A stretch of DNA of 13,600 bases. Origin: Chthoniobacteraceae bacterium (GTDB lineage Bacteria; Verrucomicrobiota; Verrucomicrobiia; Chthoniobacterales; Chthoniobacteraceae). This document shows positions 10,301 to 13,600 of this stretch, piece after piece. The stretch spans positions 1 through 13,600 of the forward strand of contig JANNXQ010000015.1 of NCBI GenBank assembly GCA_031409655.1, read 5' to 3'. The notes beneath the pieces were generated by a model, which made no database searches, was not told the origin of the DNA, and worked only from the letters and a program-made list of their open reading frames with translations. The position numbers and the translations under genes are program-made. Every line of letters starts with the position of its first letter. The first letter of the stretch is position 1.

Positions 10301-10378
10301 CTCATGCCCGAAGGCCTGCTCGCACCGATGACCGACGAGCAACTCCGCGACCTCTTCGCGTGGGTCATGAAAAAGTAA
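7367..10378 (+). CDS. Second PVC-type heme-binding beta-propeller/HEAT/CxxCH protein
   Basis: Start moved to ATG 7367 because MRATYQTLLVALALSSAAAFA is a signal peptide and the upstream extension runs through a REP. Motifs: FKVAEGFEMQLVAAEP, FDERGRLWV, LEDKDGDG, WGPDGWLY, FRPVD...GPDGAIY..DW, HEAT repeats, CGACH (10016-10030), IGPELTG, IVDPS and SLMPEGL. Confidence 0.93.
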   Translation: MRATYQTLLVALALSSAAAFAAEAPIDPSLKEFVEKFKGKGAVGDPSQKALGPEEALKNFKVAEGFEMQLVAAEPLIRQPLNLHFDERGRLWVVQYLQYPFPAGLKIVNYDQYLRAVFDKVPEPPPRGTPGADKITILEDKDGDGTFESNKDFLTGLNIASSVCVGRGGVWVLNPPYLLFYPDKDRDDVPDGDPEVALSGFGLEDTHSVATSLHWGPDGWLYGANGSTTTGTVKGVKWLGQMIWRYQPESKEFEVFAEGGGNTMSLTFDRHGRAFSGTNFGATRGMYYSQGSAGIKNWGKHGPLMNPYSFGWFEHMAHEGYQPRFAQAFLIYEGGAMPTLEGAVIAPMSLMNRVLVSQLDRDTSTFRTKDTLTLVETEDKGFRPVDVRLGPDGAIYMADWCDIRLTHVDPRDTWDRSNGRVYRLQANGAQPVKPFDIGKLSGPELIALLSHPNQWWRQTAQRVIADQHDASLAPELRALVEKEQGQLALEAFWALRGCGGLDDAFSTKQLAHPNPNVRAWAIRLVGDSRNVTPAMRDKLVTLARTEPNADVRSQLASSCKRWPAPDALRIIRELLLRREDATDKHLPLLLWWALESKTTSARTDVLALLKKPDLWKEPLVRGFITARLAQRYTADRTAANLTACADLLGYAPTPEDVDVLLRGMDEGLRGNAVSNVPDALKKRLAKLWETRPHDSTMLRVALRLGHAPATDTAIASVADTTVPEAERRQLVSVLAEQSVAAAVPVLLTRLAAEKSEPFRMDVLNALQRFKDDAIATTLLAEWPRFSTKLRASASGILATRPAWAHALLLAVDAGTVKREQLAPSHVLAIRQLADPRNTPLLDKHWGRLGQTSAQKQADMDRVRDIVAKGKGSPEKGRALFMASCGACHTLHGEGGKIGPELTGYERDNLDFLIPAIVDPSLGIREEFTSFVLTTTDGQTLTGYIAENQPQSVTLVDLAQNRILIPRERIKTLTASAISLMPEGLLAPMTDEQLRDLFAWVMKK

Positions 10379-10397
10379 CCGAGCCCCGACACATTAC

Positions 10398-10712
10398 CCG
10401 GCCAAGCCGGCAGCCAGGAAATCGCGTCATTCTGGAGCGCAGCGAAGACCCTCTGGCTCAAAGGCGCGGACGAAAACGGAGGGCGGTCGGTCGTTGTCAA
10501 ACGGACATCCGCCAACCACCCGGCAGTAAGTACCATCGTCAAGCGTCCGCCCGCACCTCAATAAAAGTAGCGGAGCCCGCCCCCCGGCGAAGCCGACATC
10601 CAAGAAAACGCGTCATTCTGGAGCGAAGCGAAGAACCTCTGGCTTAACGGCGTGGGCAAAGGCGGCGGGCAGTTGGTTGTTGTCAACCGGCCACCCGCGA
10701 TCCCCACGGCAG
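10398..10712 (+). repeat. Diverged direct duplication (~126-bp units, 186-bp period) containing a CGTCAT-type REP-like core
   Basis: 10401-10526 and 10587-10712 align without gaps, with 25 mismatches in 126 nt by hand count (~80% identity). The conserved core CGCGTCATTCTGGAGCGnAGCGAAGAnCCTCTGGCT starts at 10423 and 10609. Confidence 0.85.
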
Positions 10713-10738
10713 CCCTCAACACCCGCACTCCCCGCCCC

Positions 10739-11053
10739 ATCGCATCCCCGGAAAAATTCGTTGCGACCCCGACCGAACTCATTGCGCCTCCCGAGCAATT
10801 TCATTGTCCCCCGCCGATTCCCAATGTCCCCACCCTCCGCCCGCTTGCACCCGGCAAAAATCTCCTCCCCGGCTCCATCGCCCCGAATGCACCCACCCAA
10901 AAACTCATTGTCCCCGCCCACAAATTCTCGGCCGGCATCCTCGGTCTGAATGCGCCCGCCCCCAACCTCATTGTCCCCGCCCCGTTTCCCAATGCGCCCG
11001 CGCTATTCCTCCCCGTTTTCATCGAAGGCCCAGTCGCGATCGCCCAAAAATCC
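10739..11053. repeat. Degenerate 21-bp tandem array (about 13-15 units)
   Basis: Units start every 21 nt from 10739, for example GTTGCGACCCCGACCGAACTC, AATGCACCCACCCAAAAACTC, ATTGTCCCCGCCCACAAATTC, AATGCGCCCGCCCCCAACCTC and ATTGTCCCCGCCCCGTTTCCC. Approximate consensus AWTGYVCCCNCCCNNAAWYTC. Confidence 0.8.
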
Positions 11054-11090
11054 CATCACCCCGACCGTGCGCTCGCCCGCGCACCCCGGT

Positions 11091-11158
11091 TCTCCTCGTT
11101 CTCCTCGTTCTCCTCGTTCCCAAAGTGGGGCTTTCTCCTCGTTCCCAAAGTGGGGCTT
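11091..11158 (+). repeat. Nested tandem micro-duplications at the left end of a REP
   Basis: TCTCCTCGT occurs three times (11091-11117). The 25-mer TCTCCTCGTTCCCAAAGTGGGGCTT occurs twice exactly (11109-11133 and 11134-11158). Confidence 0.9.
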
Positions 11159-11300
11159 TGGGAACGCAAGCTGTGCGGCAGTAGCTCTGCTTCAGGGCGG
11201 GGAAGCAGATCGGAGCCAGCGCGGCATCTCTGTGCCTGCCCTCCTCGCAATGAAATTGCCCCGGAAATGGCGTCCCCAAAGCCCCACTTTGGGGACGAGG
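11137..11300. repeat. REPIN-like element of the CTCGTTCCC...GGGAACG type
   Basis: 31-bp inverted arms at 11137-11167 and 11270-11300 with 2 mismatches. Each arm contains a perfect 11-bp stem with a 5-nt loop. A small internal hairpin TCTGCTTC/GAAGCAGA lies at 11186-11209. Confidence 0.85.
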
Positions 11301-11411
11301 AAAATAGGGCGGACGGAGGGTGGGCGAGACGGCTTTCCGAGTTCCATTCATCGCTTCAGCCTTTGGCTTTCATGCAGGGGTCCATTCCGCACTGCGCGGC
11401 GTTCCGCAAGT

Positions 11412-11556
11412 AGGGGTCAGAGCTTACTAACGACACTTCCCGCGTGTTCTCGAGGGCAGGAGACAAAGCACGTCGTCAACTGCGGCTCGCCGAGTGTCAA
11501 TAGTAAGCTTTGACCCCTTTCCCCCCCTTTCCCCATAGTAAGCTTTGACTCCTTTC
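11412..11556. mobile_element. MITE/REP-like non-autonomous element with 26-bp terminal inverted repeats, plus a partial extra copy of the right end
   Basis: AGGGGTCAGAGCTTACTAACGACACT (11412-11437) matches the reverse complement of AGTGTCAATAGTAAGCTTTGACCCCT (11493-11518) at 23/26. 11535-11556 repeats 11500-11521 at 21/22. Mobility is inferred, and no clear target-site duplication is visible. Confidence 0.6.
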
Positions 11557-11618
11557 TCCTTTCCCTTCGCAAGTTGGATGCTCCAGTTCCCGCTGGGACG
11601 CCGCTCTTCACATCGCCG

Positions 11619-13436
11619 CTATGGCGTGAAGGGGCCGAAGATCTGCGGGGCGAAAGGAGCGGAGTTCGAGAGGACGATCGCGCCGTGGAGGAGAACAGGG
11701 CTGCCGGTGGCGTTGGCGATGCCGCCGCCCTGGGTGTTGGCCCGATTGAAGATCACGCTGGCGGCATTGCTGAGAATGAGCTGGCCGGTGCCGAAGACGG
11801 CGATGCCGCCGCCAGCGCCGCCGTCGGCGCGGTTCTCGCGGATGAGGGGGGTGCCCACGACGCTCTTGGTACCGCTGCCACCAAAGGCGATGCCCCCGCC
11901 GTTGCCCATTGCCGTATTGTTGATGATGAGGCCGTCGGTGATGAAAACCACGGACGAGCTGCGCAGGTGGAGGCCGCCACCATCACCACCGGTAGTATTG
12001 GTGGAGAAATTGGTGCCGGCGATCAAGACTATACCGTCGCCCTCGGTGTCCACGGCGCCGCCGCTGGAGCCTGCGAAATTGCCGCGGAAGGCGCTGTCCT
12101 TGATCGTGAGCTTGGTGGCGAGGGCGGCGAGACCCTCGGTGTGTAGAGCACCACCGCTGGAGGCCGCGCGGTTGGCGAAGAAGGACGAATTTTTCACCGT
12201 GAGGCTGCTCCCTACGGCGGCGTGAACCCCGCCGCCGTCCCCCGCAGCGGTGTTGCCGGTGACGCTCGAGTCCTGCAGGAGCACGGTGCTACTGAAGGCG
12301 GCGAAGCCGCCGCCGTCGCTCACAGCGACATTTTCGGCAATGACGGTCTTCAAGATAATGGCACTGGCACTATTGAGAAAGATCCCGCCGCCTTCGCCAT
12401 CGACGACAGTGGTGGTGCGGTTTTTGTTGATCGTGGAGTTCTTCAGCAGCAATCCGTGCTGTCCGACGACCAGGCCCCTGCCTAAAAAGCTAGCGACGTT
12501 TTCGCTGATTCTGGTGTGGTCGATGAGCGCCGCCCTCCCGCTGACCCCTTGGACCCCTTGGATATCGAGACCGCCACCGAGAACGGATGCGCTGTTTCCG
12601 GAAAAGACGCTGTTCTTGACGGTGATGTTCCCGGCCCGGGCGTCCGCGCTTTTGCTTTCATTCCTGAGAGACGCCCCGCCACCGGTTTCCGCGGAATTGC
12701 CGGTGATCTCGGTATTGTTGATGAAGATGTCGCCCGTGCCAGCGGAGCTCACGGAGACGAAGAGGCCGCCCCCTCGCGAGATTCCCGTAGTATTATCGGA
12801 AATGATGCTGTCGGCGACGGAACTGCCGCCGTCGGCAGCGAGATGGAGCCCGCCGCCGTCGCCTAACCTGGCGCGGTTTCCACTGATGATGGTGTTCTTA
12901 ATCTTCACCGCGCCCGCAGTGATCACGGCCACGCCGCCACCCTGGCCCGGGGCGAAACAACTCGAGATGACGACATCACTCAAGATCAGCGACTCGGCCG
13001 AGAAGATGCCGCCCCCACTGCCGTCCGAGAAGGTGCCGCCCCCATCGCCGGGGGTGGAGTTGCCATCGACCAAGCTCAGCCCGCTGATAGAGACGGTCTT
13101 CACCGTGGCGGTGCTGTCGGTGATTTTGAAAATGCGGGAGAGATCGCCCGCGTCGATGACGAACTTGCTGGCCCCGGGGCCTCTGATTGTGAGGCTGTCG
13201 GTGATGGTCATCTCGCCAGTGACGAGCGCGATCTCGCCGCCCCCGCCGGCGACTCCTCGAAACGTGATGAGGTCCGCGCCGGGATGGAGGGCGGGATCGT
13301 TTGCATCAAGGATGGCCTGGCGGAGCGATCCTGCTCCGGCGTCGTTGAGATTGGTGACGAAGATCGTGGCCGGTGCGATGCGGGCCTCAAGTGATTCGAT
13401 GGAGCTGTAGCGGGTGCGTGAATTCCGGGTTTGCAT
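11619..13436 (-). CDS. Extracellular right-handed beta-helix protein with Pmp-like (GGA/GGG[I/L/V] and FxxN) repeats and a LEPR-XLL-like N-terminal motif
   Basis: 605 aa, rich in Gly, Ser, Thr and Asn. The N-terminus is IESLEARIAPA followed by VTNLNDAGAGSLRQAILDAN. About 14 repeats of the form (F/I)xxN..GGG(I/L/V), e.g. FSGNSASVLGGGL, FFANRAASSGGAL, FRGNFAGSSGGAV. No autotransporter barrel. Confidence 0.88.
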   Translation of the reverse strand: MQTRNSRTRYSSIESLEARIAPATIFVTNLNDAGAGSLRQAILDANDPALHPGADLITFRGVAGGGGEIALVTGEMTITDSLTIRGPGASKFVIDAGDLSRIFKITDSTATVKTVSISGLSLVDGNSTPGDGGGTFSDGSGGGIFSAESLILSDVVISSCFAPGQGGGVAVITAGAVKIKNTIISGNRARLGDGGGLHLAADGGSSVADSIISDNTTGISRGGGLFVSVSSAGTGDIFINNTEITGNSAETGGGASLRNESKSADARAGNITVKNSVFSGNSASVLGGGLDIQGVQGVSGRAALIDHTRISENVASFLGRGLVVGQHGLLLKNSTINKNRTTTVVDGEGGGIFLNSASAIILKTVIAENVAVSDGGGFAAFSSTVLLQDSSVTGNTAAGDGGGVHAAVGSSLTVKNSSFFANRAASSGGALHTEGLAALATKLTIKDSAFRGNFAGSSGGAVDTEGDGIVLIAGTNFSTNTTGGDGGGLHLRSSSVVFITDGLIINNTAMGNGGGIAFGGSGTKSVVGTPLIRENRADGGAGGGIAVFGTGQLILSNAASVIFNRANTQGGGIANATGSPVLLHGAIVLSNSAPFAPQIFGPFTP

Positions 13437-13470
13437 GGGAGGTGGTGTGTGGGGGTGCCCTAGGGAAACG

Positions 13471-13483
13471 CTGATTTAATCAG
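13471..13483. promoter_or_regulatory. Candidate operator palindrome upstream of the beta-helix gene
   Basis: CTGATT-T-AATCAG is an AT-rich perfect dyad about 35 nt upstream of the ATG at 13436, in a GC-rich background. Confidence 0.3.
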
Positions 13484-13600
13484 ACGCGTGGGCAAAGGTC
13501 ATGAGGAGGTGCGGGGTCGTAGAGGGATGGAAGCCCAACGGAGTTTCGCGCAGACCGAGTATAGCCGCAAAAAGAAGATCACCCGGCGGGAGAAGTTCCT

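Noticed and set aside
3859..10342. Very long antisense ORFs 3859..6885 (1008 aa) and 7409..10342 (977 aa)
   Set aside because: They mirror the real genes codon for codon. This is expected in high-GC coding DNA where antisense stops are rare, and they contain no recognisable domains.
9427..10647. 406-aa ORF with repeated RVILERSE(D/E)PLA
   Set aside because: It is an Arg-rich off-frame overlap of the CxxCH gene, and the repeated peptide is the translated DNA duplication.
10652..11413. 253-aa Pro-rich ORF as a real gene
   Set aside because: It is stitched across three different DNA repeats (SSFSSFSSFPKWG is the REP stutter) and has no credible start context. Only the heptad portion might be coding, and that is covered as a finding.
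10398..11556. Possible CRISPR array
   Set aside because: There are no identical repeats separated by unique spacers of uniform length, and no cas genes in the window.
11545..13410. + strand ORFs 11545..12225 and 12250..13410 with PPP repeats
   Set aside because: They are antisense reflections of the GGG repeats in the beta-helix gene.

Overview
GC-rich bacterial chromosomal segment. The gene families and the Shine-Dalgarno-less starts point to the PVC superphylum, most likely Verrucomicrobia (inference). Six genes are supported: a 3'-truncated rsmE (minus strand, absent from the ORF track), a secreted ceramidase-N-like metallohydrolase (-), an MFS transporter (+), two tandem ~1000-1140 aa PVC-type beta-propeller/HEAT/CxxCH cytochrome c proteins (+), and a LEPR-XLL-leader, Pmp-like beta-helix protein (-). 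The most unusual sequence is non-coding. A perfect 29-bp inverted REP pair separates the two CxxCH genes. A 1.24-kb gap between convergent genes (10379-11618) stacks four unrelated repeat structures: a ~126-bp diverged direct duplication, an in-register degenerate 21-bp array, a REPIN whose hairpins show a compensatory base-pair change, and a 107-bp MITE-like element. Two of these carry micro-duplications of their own outer ends. No transposase, RNA gene or CRISPR array is visible.
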